Positions 26,704-36,713 of a stretch of 63,114 bases of DNA are shown here, piece by piece. The notes beneath the pieces are model-generated. The model made no database searches, was not told the DNA's origin, and worked only from the letters and a program-made list of their open reading frames with translations. The number at the start of each line of letters is the position of its first letter. Within the stretch, counting starts at the first letter, position 1. Made by a program: the position numbers and the translations under genes. This DNA comes from an uncultured Eubacteriaceae bacterium (GTDB lineage: Bacteria > Bacillota > Clostridia > Lachnospirales > Lachnospiraceae): contig CANRVK010000001.1 of assembly GCA_947643285.1 (NCBI GenBank), positions 1 to 63,114 of the forward strand, read 5' to 3'.

Positions 26704-28434
26704 ATGAGAAAAAGAAAAAAGGGAAGCCAAATAAGGGTGATAGCTTTCATTTTATTGTGCTTATCAGGATTGTTGCTCTGGAAAATGAGTTTCCAAAAAG
26801 AAGAAGAAAGACAAGAAAATCCGACAGAAACGATGGCTGAGGAACGAATATTTGAAAATGCATGGATTGTAACTTATCAGGATGGAATCTTATATGTATA
26901 TGCAGAAGGAAAGCTGCAGGAGTTTTATGCAGAGGGAATAGAAGAATTAAAGGATGTATTAGCAGACATTGAAGTGATAGATAATAGAGTAGTCAGAATC
27001 GCGATGAAAACAGATACCATTCGTGGAAAAGTATTAGCTATCAGTAAGGATTTTATTGAAATTGAAGGATATGGCAAGATACCCATGTCAGAAAATTTTG
27101 CGGTGTATAAAAATTATGGAACGCTAGAACAGCTTTCCTATACGAATATTTTAGTAGGATATGATGCGCAGGAATTTATTGTAGGAGATGGAAAAGTCTG
27201 TGGAGCAGTCATACAAGAGCCAATAGAAGCGAAAAATATCAGAGTACTTTTGATGACAGACAATTTTGAAGGACAATATCATAATGAAATCCAAATCTAT
27301 TCAGAAAAGGGCTTTTACTTATTTTGTGGAGAAGAACAAGTAGAATATCCCCCTAATACAGAATTGATGTTTAATTTAGAGTGTGAGGAGTTAAAAAATG
27401 GATCTGTTCAAATAAAACCTCTGTCAGAAGAAGATAAAACTACTATTTTATCAATAAGCCGTAGTCAAGGACATCCTTCTTATTATGGGAACTTAGAAAT
27501 TAGAAAAGAAACAGAAGGTCTTATTTTAATCAATGATATTTCCTTAGAAAAATATTTGTATTCCGTCGTGCCCAGTGAAATGCCAGCCAGTTATGGGATA
27601 GAGGCATTAAAAGCACAGGCAGTCTGTGCTAGAAGTTATGCATATCGTCAGATATTAGCGAATAAATTGAGCGAATTTGGGGCACATGTCAATGACAGTA
27701 CAAGTTATCAAGTTTATAATAATCAAGGAGATTCTGAGCAGGCGATACAGGCAGTGGAAGAAACAAAAGGACAAATTATGACATATCAGGGAGATGTCAT
27801 AGAAGCTTATTATTTTTCTACTTCTTGTGGACATACTACAAATGCAGATATCTGGGGAGAAGGGATAAATTTGCCTTATATACAAGGAAAATATGTAGGG
27901 GAATCGCAAGAGGAAATAGATTTTGTGGAGTTTATTAAGAATAGAGATTATGATTCTTATGACAGAGAGTTTCCTTGGTATCGCTGGAATATATTTTTTA
28001 GTTTAGAGGATATCGACCGCTGTTTGTCTGAGAAAGGGCTATTAGAGCAGACGGGACATGTGGTGAAAATGGAAGTGACACGAAGAGGTGTGGGAAGTAT
28101 TGCGAAGGAATTAACGATTGTGGGGGAGAAAGGGACAGCTATTATAGAAAAAGAATATGCGATTAGAACCTTTTTAACGCCTAAAAATCAGGCACTGAAT
28201 AGAAATGATGGAGAAGTATTACAGAATTTTTCTATGTTGCCGAGTGGATTTTTTATACTAGAAGAAGTGCAAGAGGAAGGGGTGTTAGAGGGATATCAGA
28301 TTTATGGAGGAGGATTTGGACATGGAGCAGGTATGAGTCAGAATGGAGTAAAAACTATGGTGGGAAATGGGATGTCATATTTAGATATTTTAAAGTTTTT
28401 TTATACGGGGATAGAGATTGAAAATGTGTATTAG
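26704..28434 (+). CDS. SpoIID/LytB-domain protein (sporulation-type lytic transglycosylase family), N-terminal membrane anchor
   Basis: YLYSVVPSEMPASYGIEALKAQAVCARSYA and GFGHGAGMSQNG are SpoIID-family motifs. The N-terminus has a TM segment after the K/R-rich start. Confidence 0.8.
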   Translation: MRKRKKGSQIRVIAFILLCLSGLLLWKMSFQKEEERQENPTETMAEERIFENAWIVTYQDGILYVYAEGKLQEFYAEGIEELKDVLADIEVIDNRVVRIAMKTDTIRGKVLAISKDFIEIEGYGKIPMSENFAVYKNYGTLEQLSYTNILVGYDAQEFIVGDGKVCGAVIQEPIEAKNIRVLLMTDNFEGQYHNEIQIYSEKGFYLFCGEEQVEYPPNTELMFNLECEELKNGSVQIKPLSEEDKTTILSISRSQGHPSYYGNLEIRKETEGLILINDISLEKYLYSVVPSEMPASYGIEALKAQAVCARSYAYRQILANKLSEFGAHVNDSTSYQVYNNQGDSEQAIQAVEETKGQIMTYQGDVIEAYYFSTSCGHTTNADIWGEGINLPYIQGKYVGESQEEIDFVEFIKNRDYDSYDREFPWYRWNIFFSLEDIDRCLSEKGLLEQTGHVVKMEVTRRGVGSIAKELTIVGEKGTAIIEKEYAIRTFLTPKNQALNRNDGEVLQNFSMLPSGFFILEEVQEEGVLEGYQIYGGGFGHGAGMSQNGVKTMVGNGMSYLDILKFFYTGIEIENVY

Positions 28435-28451
28435 ATTGTGTGGGTTTCCTG

Positions 28452-28640
28452 TTTTTGATTTTCGCCCGGTTTCCGCTGTGGGAAGGAAGTATTCCAACGA
28501 AACTGCGCTTTCGCTCCGTGTAAGACTACGTGGTACTAAATTCGCAACCCTTATCAGGGCTGCTCATTAATGGGCAAGCGTCTTCTAAGGGGTTTCTTTT
28601 GGAATACTTCCTTCCCACGGCTGCTTTGATGATAAGATGA
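28452..28640 (+). repeat. Structured palindromic element, copy 2 (somewhat diverged)
   Basis: GGGAAGGAAGTATTCCAACGAAACTGCGCTTTCGCTCCGTGTAAGACTACGTGGTACTAAATTCGCAA-CCCTtatcAGGG-CTGCTCATTAATGGGCAAGCGTCTTCTAAGGGGTTTCTTTTGGAATACTTCCTTCCC. It starts 18 bp after the SpoIID-domain stop. Confidence 0.85.
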
Positions 28641-28728
28641 CTTTTTATGAAGCTTAGTGGTATGTTTTTTTATGAACAAGTTTTTGGGGTATATGGTTTC
28701 ATAGCTTTAGGGGGATGGTATATGTTTG

Positions 28729-29589
28729 TTATACTGAGGATTTTTCTTTTTTATGTTTTAGTTTTAACATAAAATGAGAGATACATGGCTGAAAGAATAT
28801 ATTGATTTCGCCTCCTAAAAATAAAATATACATACAAACATAGAGCCACAGCATTAATAATATAATAGTAGTTAAGCTTCCATACATATAAGAATAATTT
28901 CCAAAGTTATCTATATAGATGGAGAAGAAGAAAGAGAATAACATCCATCCTGCCGCTGAAAATAATGCCCCGGGAAGCTGTTGAAAGAAAGGAGCTTTGT
29001 GGTTAGGGAGGACTTTATAAATCAGTGCGAAAAATAAGGTTAAAGTGCATAATACAAACATGGCTCTTGCGCTGATGAAGATATTGGCTATGGTTTCTAA
29101 AAAGGGGTATCGGGTGATAATAAACAGGTATAGTTTATTTCCAAATACTAAAAGCATTAAAGAGAGGATAATGATGACCACGAAACCAATTGTATATAGA
29201 CAAGACATGATTTTCAGTACCAAGTAGTTACGTGATTCGTCGATATCATATACGGAGTTTAAGCCTGATATAATGGATAGCGCCCCACGGGAAGCGGACC
29301 AGACAGTGGCAATTGCGGATACCGATAATAAAGTTCCAGAAGATTTTTTATAGAGGTCTTCCGTGATGCTGATGAAGAGAGGAATAAAAGAATCGGGTAT
29401 CACTTTGACCGCGAGGGTTTGAAACTGAGTTTTTGTGATGGGCAGAAATTGAATGGAGTTTAAAAGCATCATAATCATAGGAAAGATAGAAATAATTAAA
29501 AATAGAGCTGCCTGACCGGAAAAGGCATTTACATAATCACTTTCTACTTTATGGAGAAACTGGCGAACAATACGATACATTTTAAGCAT
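28729..29589 (-). CDS. YihY/BrkB-family integral membrane protein
   Basis: 286 aa, multi-pass, with an N-terminal VNAFSGQAALFLIISIFPMIMMLL pattern typical of YihY family proteins. Confidence 0.7.
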   Translation of the reverse strand: MLKMYRIVRQFLHKVESDYVNAFSGQAALFLIISIFPMIMMLLNSIQFLPITKTQFQTLAVKVIPDSFIPLFISITEDLYKKSSGTLLSVSAIATVWSASRGALSIISGLNSVYDIDESRNYLVLKIMSCLYTIGFVVIIILSLMLLVFGNKLYLFIITRYPFLETIANIFISARAMFVLCTLTLFFALIYKVLPNHKAPFFQQLPGALFSAAGWMLFSFFFSIYIDNFGNYSYMYGSLTTIILLMLWLYVCMYILFLGGEINIFFQPCISHFMLKLKHKKEKSSV

Positions 29590-29969
29590 AAAATAATTCC
29601 TTTCTATTTAAATTTAGATTTAGTGAGGCATGATAGATATATGATTATGTAAAAATTTTCTGCGTTTTGCTGGAAGATAGTGTTATATGCTATGGTATTA
29701 TATTTTTCCGAAGCATATGTGCAATTCGCGAAAGATTTTTTTACTCATGGCTTTTTTATGGAAAAGCATAAGTTTTTTATCTGATATAATCTTGCCACAA
29801 TAAGCATACTACAAACGAAACATTCGGTAAAGAGTAATAAAAAAATTTAAGAATTGCGAAAAAGGTAAAAAAGAAAGGAATCATAAAAAAGAACAAAGAA
29901 TTATGATAGGATAAATAAAAAAGAAGTGCTATAATAGAAAGAAATAAAATACAAACATAGGAGTTTTAT

Positions 29970-31682
29970 ATGGAAAAGTGGATGATTTATAGTAAAAGAG
30001 CGGATTTTAAGGCAATCGGAGAGAAATTTGAAATAGACCCTGTATTGGCGAGAGTGATTCGGAATCGAGATGTGATAGGGGAATCGGAGATAGGGTTATA
30101 TTTACATGGAACAAAAGAAGATATGTATTCTCCTTTTTTGATGAAGGATATGGAAAAGGGAGTGAATATTTTAGTAGAGAAGATAGAAAAAAAGAAAGCG
30201 ATTCGGATTATTGGGGACTATGATGTAGATGGAGTAAGTTCTCTTTATATTTTATGGATGGCATTTAGAAGGTGTGGCGCAGTCGTAGATGGAGAAATTC
30301 CACATAGAATTATGGATGGATATGGGATAAATGAGCGGTTGATAGAACAGGCGTATCAAGATGGAATCGATACGATTGTTACCTGCGATAATGGGATTTC
30401 GGCAAGAGAACAAGTGAAATTTGCGAAAAGTTTGGGAATGACAGTGATTATCACTGACCACCATGATATCCCTTATGAGCAAATAGAAGGAAATAGAAAT
30501 TATATATTGCCAGAAGCAGATGCGGTGATTAATCCAAAACAGAGTGATTGTGAATATCCATTTAAAGGACTTTGTGGAGCAGGAGTGGCGTATAAATTAG
30601 TGATGGCTCTTTATGAACGGTTAGGATATTCAAAGGAAGAGGCGGAGGAATTTTTAGAGTTCGCGGCAATCGCGACAGTGGGAGATGTGATGGATTTATT
30701 AGGAGAAAATCGCATCTTAGTAAAAGAAGGTCTAAAGAGATTACATAAAACGAAAAATCTGGGGCTGAAATCTCTGATATCAGTAAATGAAATCGAGGCG
30801 GAAAGCATAAATGCCTATCATATTGGATTTATTTTAGGTCCTTGTTTAAATGCAGGAGGACGTTTAGATACGGCAAAAAGAGCGCTGGAATTGTTGATGG
30901 CAGAGGATAAAAAGATAGCAGATGAGGCGGCAGGAGAACTCAAGGCATTGAATGACAGCAGGAAAATGATGACAAAAGAAGGAGTGGAGCAGGCAGTTTC
31001 TTTAATCGAAAGTACGGATTTAAAACAGGATAAAGTATTAGTCGTTTATCTGCCAGAGTGTCATGAGAGTTTAGCAGGGATTATCGCGGGGCGTATTCGT
31101 GAAAAATATTATAAACCTGTTTTTGTATTGACAAAGGCGGAAGAGGGAATAAAAGGTTCGGGGCGTTCTATTGAAACATATTCTATGTATGAAGAATTAG
31201 TAAAGAGCAAAGAATATCTGGAAAAATTTGGAGGTCATCCGATGGCAGCAGGATTATCTTTAAAAGAAGAGAATCTGGAACTCTTTCGGCGCTCTGTCAA
31301 TGAAAAGACGACTTTGACAGAGGCAGATTTGATACCAGTGCGTTGGATTGATGTAGCGATGCCAATGTATTATGTAACAGAAAAATTTATAGACAGTTTG
31401 ACTATATTAGAACCTTTTGGAAAGGGAAATGAAAAGCCAGTATTCGCTGAGAAAAATCTGAAAATTTTGATGCAAAATATAGTGGGAAAGAATAGAAATG
31501 CAGTTAAACTGTTATTAGAAGAAGAAAATGGAAACCAGATTGATGCGATTTATTTTGGAAATGGAGAGGAGTTTATAGAAGATACGATAACAAAAGAGAA
31601 AATATCTGTTTTATATTATCCATCTATTAATGAATATCGGGGGAATAAGAAGATTCAGATGGTGATCACTCATTATTTATAA
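29970..31682 (+). CDS. recJ: Single-stranded-DNA-specific exonuclease RecJ
   Basis: DHH motifs IIGDYDVDGVSS, TCDNG and ITDHHD are present, and the recJ-apt-rel gene order is conserved. Confidence 0.9.
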   Translation: MEKWMIYSKRADFKAIGEKFEIDPVLARVIRNRDVIGESEIGLYLHGTKEDMYSPFLMKDMEKGVNILVEKIEKKKAIRIIGDYDVDGVSSLYILWMAFRRCGAVVDGEIPHRIMDGYGINERLIEQAYQDGIDTIVTCDNGISAREQVKFAKSLGMTVIITDHHDIPYEQIEGNRNYILPEADAVINPKQSDCEYPFKGLCGAGVAYKLVMALYERLGYSKEEAEEFLEFAAIATVGDVMDLLGENRILVKEGLKRLHKTKNLGLKSLISVNEIEAESINAYHIGFILGPCLNAGGRLDTAKRALELLMAEDKKIADEAAGELKALNDSRKMMTKEGVEQAVSLIESTDLKQDKVLVVYLPECHESLAGIIAGRIREKYYKPVFVLTKAEEGIKGSGRSIETYSMYEELVKSKEYLEKFGGHPMAAGLSLKEENLELFRRSVNEKTTLTEADLIPVRWIDVAMPMYYVTEKFIDSLTILEPFGKGNEKPVFAEKNLKILMQNIVGKNRNAVKLLLEEENGNQIDAIYFGNGEEFIEDTITKEKISVLYYPSINEYRGNKKIQMVITHYL

Positions 31683-31710
31683 GGATAAGAGATAGGGATT
31701 AAGAAGTAGT

Positions 31711-31800
31711 TAGGGGGAAGTTTTGATCGGAGGTTCGCACGGCAAGAAATTATTCCAGCGAAGCCGCGCTCTCGCCCCGTGAAAGACTACGCGGTACTAA
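31711..31800 (+). repeat. Structured palindromic element, copy 3a (5' arm only)
   Basis: TAGGGGGAAGTTTTGATCGGAGGTTCGCACGGCAAGAAATTATTCCAGCGAAGCCGCGCTCTCGCCCCGTGAAAGACTACGCGGTACTAA. Confidence 0.8.
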
Positions 31801-31893
31801 TAAAAACTACCTCCAGTTAGAAAATTTTGATATTATAGGAACAAAAAAGTATGAACAAGTTTGTCGATTATTAAGCCACTTATATAAAACAAT

Positions 31894-32003
31894 CGCAAGA
31901 AGCGAAACGGCGAATTTAGTGTCCGCGTAGTCTTACACGGAGCGAAAGCGCGGCTTCGTTGGAATAGGGATTCGTTCCTATGCGAACCTTTAGTCAAAAT
32001 AGT
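31894..32003 (-). repeat. Structured palindromic element, copy 3b (same arm in inverted orientation)
   Basis: CGCAAGAAGCGAAACGGCGAATTTAGTGTCCGCGTAGTCTTACACGGAGCGAAAGCGCGGCTTCGTTGGAATAGGGATTCGTTCCTATGCGAACCTTTAGTCAAAAT. Confidence 0.8.
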
Positions 32004-32162
32004 AAGATTGATAAAAGTTTTTAATGATAGAAAGCTTCACAAGAAAGGAAAATTGTGCTATGATATTTTTAGCTCATTTATAAAAAATAGACCATGATAT
32101 ATAGAAGATAAATAGAAAGAAACAAACTGAGAAATAAAGAAAAAGGGAGAGAATGAAGAACT

Positions 32163-32693
32163 ATGAAGAAAATAGAAGAGTATGTTAGAAGTATTCCAGA
32201 TTTTCCAGAGGAGGGAATTATTTTCCGAGATGTCACTTCTGTATTGCAGGATGCAGATGGACTAAGATTATCGATTGACTTAATGCAGAAGGAGTTGGAA
32301 GGTGTAGAATTTGATGTGATTGTTGGACCAGAGTCCAGAGGATTTATTTTTGGAGTGCCAATCGCCTATAATTTGCATAAGGCATTTGTGCCTGTCAGAA
32401 AAAAAGGAAAACTTCCTTGTGAAACTGTTCAGATGAAGTATGATTTGGAATATGGAAGTGCTGTGATAGAGATGCATAAAGATTCGATAAAACCGGGACA
32501 AAAAGTTGTAATTATTGATGATTTAATGGCTACAGGAGGAACGATAGAAGCGATTGTAAAACTTATAGAAACATTGGGTGGCGAAGTGGTAAAGGTTGTT
32601 TTTTTAATGGAACTGGCAGGATTAAAGGGAAGAGAAAAATTGACTGATAAAAAGATTGAAGTTTCTTCTGTTATCTGTTATGAAGGAAAATAA
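32163..32693 (+). CDS. apt: Adenine phosphoribosyltransferase
   Basis: 176 aa with the PRPP-binding motif VVIIDDLMATGGT and a position between recJ and rel. Confidence 0.9.
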   Translation: MKKIEEYVRSIPDFPEEGIIFRDVTSVLQDADGLRLSIDLMQKELEGVEFDVIVGPESRGFIFGVPIAYNLHKAFVPVRKKGKLPCETVQMKYDLEYGSAVIEMHKDSIKPGQKVVIIDDLMATGGTIEAIVKLIETLGGEVVKVVFLMELAGLKGREKLTDKKIEVSSVICYEGK

Positions 32694-32775
32694 AAAGGAT
32701 TTTAAGTAGAGAAAGGATTGGAGAGAATAGAAAGATTTTCTGTTCTCTCCAATATTCAAATGGGAGAGGAAAAGA

Positions 32776-33603
32776 ATGATAAATAAAAAGATTGAAATAG
32801 AAATAAATGGAAATAATAAAGATCAGAATTTCAAAGCAGAATTAGATACTTATCTATTGGATGATTTAGCAAATATGAAAGTGGATAGGAAGAGACCAGC
32901 TGTTTTAATTCTTCCCGGAGGCGGATATCGGTTTACGTCAGACAGGGAAGCAGAACCAGTAGCGATTCAAATGAACGCGATGGGATTTCAGGCTTTTGTA
33001 TTGCACTATAGTTGTGAAGTAATGTTTCCTATGGCATTGCTGCAGGCGGCGAAAGCGATTCATTTGATTAGAGAACATGCAAAGGAATGGCATATTGAGG
33101 AAAAGAAGATTGTTTTATTGGGATTTTCTGCAGGAGGTCATTTAGCTGCTAGTTTGGGGACTTTTTGGAATAAAGAATTTGTCTATGAAGCCCTTAAGAT
33201 AGAACCAAAAAGAATAAGACCAGATGGTTTGATACTTGCCTATCCAGTGATTACATCAGGGGAGTTTGCACATCAGGATTCTTTTCGGGCATTATTAGGG
33301 GAAGAGTATGAGGAGAGGAAGGAATTGGTTTCTTTGGAAAATCAGGTAGGAGAGGATATGATGCCTGTCTTTTTATGGCATACTTTTGAAGATGAAAGCG
33401 TGCCAGTGGAGAACAGTCTTTTATTTGCTCATGCGCTTAGGAAGAAGAATATTCCTTTTGAACTGCATATTTATCAGAGAGGAAGACATGGATTATCTCT
33501 TGCAAATGGAGAAACGAATCCGGCGAATGAAGAGAATTTGATAGTTTTAGAGTGCCAGAATTGGATTACGATGGCAGGAACATGGATAAGGAATTTAGCT
33601 TAA
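32776..33603 (+). CDS. Alpha/beta hydrolase (esterase/lipase-like)
   Basis: The oxyanion region LPGGGY and the nucleophile elbow GFSAGGHL are present. 275 aa. Confidence 0.7.
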   Translation: MINKKIEIEINGNNKDQNFKAELDTYLLDDLANMKVDRKRPAVLILPGGGYRFTSDREAEPVAIQMNAMGFQAFVLHYSCEVMFPMALLQAAKAIHLIREHAKEWHIEEKKIVLLGFSAGGHLAASLGTFWNKEFVYEALKIEPKRIRPDGLILAYPVITSGEFAHQDSFRALLGEEYEERKELVSLENQVGEDMMPVFLWHTFEDESVPVENSLLFAHALRKKNIPFELHIYQRGRHGLSLANGETNPANEENLIVLECQNWITMAGTWIRNLA

Positions 33604-33686
33604 AATAGATTCTGGATTAGAGGATATAGGTTATAGAAATACGTTGCTTTTTTCGACAAAAATAATTATAATATCCTTATTAATGG

Positions 33687-36017
33687 ATGGGAATGGTGAT
33701 GAATGTGACAGAGGAAAAAAAGAAAATATCTGTAGAGAAAGAAAATACGATAGAAAGATCAGAGGAACAACAATTATTAAAGCCAGCAGATTTTACAGAT
33801 CCCAAGATTTTATATGATGTTCTTGTGAAGGAGATTTTAAAGTATCATCCTTCTACAGATCTGAGTATGATTGATAAAGCATATAAAATAGCCAAAAAAG
33901 CTCATGAAGGGCAGATGCGTAAATCAGGAGAACCTTATATCATTCATCCTTTATGCGTAGGGATTATTTTAGCAGAGTTAGAACTAGATAAAGAAACGAT
34001 AGCGGCTGGTCTTCTGCATGATGTGGTAGAGGATACCGTTATGACAAAAGAGGAGATAACTGATATTTTTGGAGAAGAAGTGGCGCTTTTGGTAGATGGA
34101 GTCACAAAGCTGACACTATTAAATATTTCAAATGATAAGGTGGAAGTGCAGGCGGAAAATTTAAGAAAAATGTTTTTGGCGATGGCAAAGGATATAAGAG
34201 TTGTGCTGATAAAATTAGCGGATCGCCTACATAATATGCGCACATTACAATATCAGAGTCCGCAAAAGCAAAAAGAGATTGCCAGAGAAACGATGGATAT
34301 TTATGCTCCTATCGCTCATCGGTTAGGTATTTCTAAGATAAAGATGGAATTAGATGATTTATCTTTGAAATATTTGATGCCAGAAGTGTATTATGATCTG
34401 GTAAGGGATATCGCACAGACTAAGAAGTCAAGAGAAGAGTTTATTGATGGACTGGTAAAAAGTGTAAAAAGTAATATACAAAAGGCGGAAATAGGGGCAG
34501 AAATAGATGGAAGAGTGAAGCATTTCTTCAGTATTTATCGAAAGATGGTCAATCAAAATAAGACCTTAGACCAAATTTATGACTTATTTGCTGTTCGTAT
34601 TATTGTGGATACCGTGAGAGACTGCTATGCGGCATTGGGAGTGATTCATGAATTGTATACTCCTATACCGGGGCGGTTTAAAGATTATATTGCTATGCCA
34701 AAAGCGAATATGTATCAATCTCTGCATACAACAGTGATAGCGCCGAATGGACAGCCATTTGAAATTCAGATTCGTACCATAGAGATGCACAGGACAGCAG
34801 AATATGGAATTGCTGCTCACTGGAAATATAAACAGGGAGTGACTGGAAAAGATATCGCTAAGAGTGAGGAAGAGAAATTAAGCTGGTTAAGACAGGTTTT
34901 AGAATGGCAAACGGATATGTCTGATAATAAGGAATTTATTAATACGGTGAAAAGCGCTTTTAATTTATTTTCAGAGAGTATCTATTGTTTTACGCCTACA
35001 GGAGATGTGAAGACATTGCCGAATGGCTCGAATACCATTGATTTTGCGTATAGTATTCACAGTGCGGTGGGAAATAAGATGGTAGGAGCGAGAGCGAATG
35101 GAAAGATGGTTCCGATTGATTATGTGATTCAAAATGGAGATAGAATCGAGATCATCACTTCTCAAAATTCAAAAGGACCGAGCAGAGATTGGCTGAATAT
35201 TGTCAAAAGCACTCAGGCAAAAAATAAAATCAATCAATGGTTTAAAACAGAGCTAAAAGAAGACAATATCATTCGTGGAAAAGATCTGCTAGATAAGTAT
35301 TGCAGGGCGAAGGGAATTACACAGAGTGATATTTTAAAACCAGAATATATAGAAATCATCATGAAGAAATATGGATTTCGAGATTGGGATTCTGTATTGG
35401 CGGCATTAGGGCATGGTGGCTTAAAAGAAGGGCAGATTATTAATAGACTTTTGGAGGAATTTGATAAAAAACGTAAAAAAGAACTCACGGATTCCGAAGT
35501 ATTAGAAGCGATTTCTCAAAACAAAGAGAAAAATGCAAAAGTGAGAGTTGCAAAGAGTAAAAGTGGCATTATAGTAAAAGGAATTCATGACATATCGGTG
35601 CATTTCTCTAAGTGCTGTAATCCTGTGCCGGGAGATGAGATTGTGGGATTTGTGACAAGGGGAAGAGGTGTTTCTCTTCACCGTACAGATTGTATCAATA
35701 TCATTAATCTGCCGGAGAGTGAAAGAGTTCGTCTGATTGAAGCAGAATGGCAGGAAACATATGATGAAGGTTCAGAAGTATATGTGACAGAAATTAAAAT
35801 ATATGCGAATAATCGAACCGGAATGGTGGGAGATATTTCAAAAATATTGACAGAAAAGAAGATAGATATAAAAGGATTAAATTGTAAGGTAAATAAACAG
35901 GAGATTGCTACTATTGTGATGTCATTTGAAACACATGGAAAAGAAGAATTAAATCACATTATAGATAAGCTGAAAAATATTGAGGGTGTGATTGATATTG
36001 AGAGGGCTACTGGCTGA
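33687..36017 (+). CDS. rel: Bifunctional (p)ppGpp synthetase/hydrolase, RelA/SpoT family
   Basis: It has the HD domain (HPLCVG...LHDVVEDT), a synthetase region (YIAMPKANMYQSLHTTV) and TGS and ACT-like C-terminal domains. The exact start among the ATGs at 33687, 33693 and 33699 is uncertain. Confidence 0.9.
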   Translation: MGMVMNVTEEKKKISVEKENTIERSEEQQLLKPADFTDPKILYDVLVKEILKYHPSTDLSMIDKAYKIAKKAHEGQMRKSGEPYIIHPLCVGIILAELELDKETIAAGLLHDVVEDTVMTKEEITDIFGEEVALLVDGVTKLTLLNISNDKVEVQAENLRKMFLAMAKDIRVVLIKLADRLHNMRTLQYQSPQKQKEIARETMDIYAPIAHRLGISKIKMELDDLSLKYLMPEVYYDLVRDIAQTKKSREEFIDGLVKSVKSNIQKAEIGAEIDGRVKHFFSIYRKMVNQNKTLDQIYDLFAVRIIVDTVRDCYAALGVIHELYTPIPGRFKDYIAMPKANMYQSLHTTVIAPNGQPFEIQIRTIEMHRTAEYGIAAHWKYKQGVTGKDIAKSEEEKLSWLRQVLEWQTDMSDNKEFINTVKSAFNLFSESIYCFTPTGDVKTLPNGSNTIDFAYSIHSAVGNKMVGARANGKMVPIDYVIQNGDRIEIITSQNSKGPSRDWLNIVKSTQAKNKINQWFKTELKEDNIIRGKDLLDKYCRAKGITQSDILKPEYIEIIMKKYGFRDWDSVLAALGHGGLKEGQIINRLLEEFDKKRKKELTDSEVLEAISQNKEKNAKVRVAKSKSGIIVKGIHDISVHFSKCCNPVPGDEIVGFVTRGRGVSLHRTDCINIINLPESERVRLIEAEWQETYDEGSEVYVTEIKIYANNRTGMVGDISKILTEKKIDIKGLNCKVNKQEIATIVMSFETHGKEELNHIIDKLKNIEGVIDIERATG

Positions 36018-36053
36018 AAATTTCAGGAAATAAGATAAGAAATGAGGGAAAAA

Positions 36054-36713
36054 ATGGAAAATTTAGAAGTAGAACGTATTTTGGCTGGAGCGATGAGAAC
36101 AAATTGTTATATTGTTTCTGACAAAGTGACAAAAGAAGCCTTGATCATCGACCCAGCAGATGAAGCGGATAAAATAAAGAATAGTTTGTTACGAGGAGAA
36201 AAAAGACCTATCGCGATTTTATTGACACATGGTCATTTTGACCATATAAAGGCAGCCAAAGAGTTAAAAAAAGAATATGATATAAAGATTTATTGTATGG
36301 AAGAAGAAAGAAAAGTGTTAGAGAATCCAGAGTATAATTTATCTTCTTTATTCGGAACAGGGTTTCAGGTATCAGCGGATTCTTTTTTGAAAGATGGAGA
36401 ACAGATGCAGATAGGGCCATTTTTCATCACAGTTATTCATACCCCCGGACATACTGTGGGAAGTGCTTGCTATTATATTACAAAAGAAGATAAAACAGAG
36501 GGTATTTTAATGAGTGGAGATACACTCTTTCATGAAAGTGTAGGAAGGACAGATTTCCCTACAGGAAGTGCTTCTTCGTTAGTTCATTCTGTGAAAGAAA
36601 AGTTATTTTGTTTAGATGATTCCACTCCTGTATATCCCGGACATGACAGTTTTACTACGATTGGTTATGAAAAACAGAATAATCCTTGTGTAGGTGGGGA
36701 GATGGAATTATGA
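36054..36713 (+). CDS. MBL-fold metallo-hydrolase
   Basis: The LTHGHFDH motif is present. The ATG at 36054 follows GAGGG, so it is preferred over 36042. Confidence 0.8.
   Translation: MENLEVERILAGAMRTNCYIVSDKVTKEALIIDPADEADKIKNSLLRGEKRPIAILLTHGHFDHIKAAKELKKEYDIKIYCMEEERKVLENPEYNLSSLFGTGFQVSADSFLKDGEQMQIGPFFITVIHTPGHTVGSACYYITKEDKTEGILMSGDTLFHESVGRTDFPTGSASSLVHSVKEKLFCLDDSTPVYPGHDSFTTIGYEKQNNPCVGGEMEL

Noticed and set aside
32723-32757. Perfect 10-bp hairpin TTGGAGAGAA-N15-TTCTCTCCAA after apt as a terminator.
   Set aside because: No U-tract follows it, so it may be a weak or processing-related structure. The support is insufficient to list it as a terminator.
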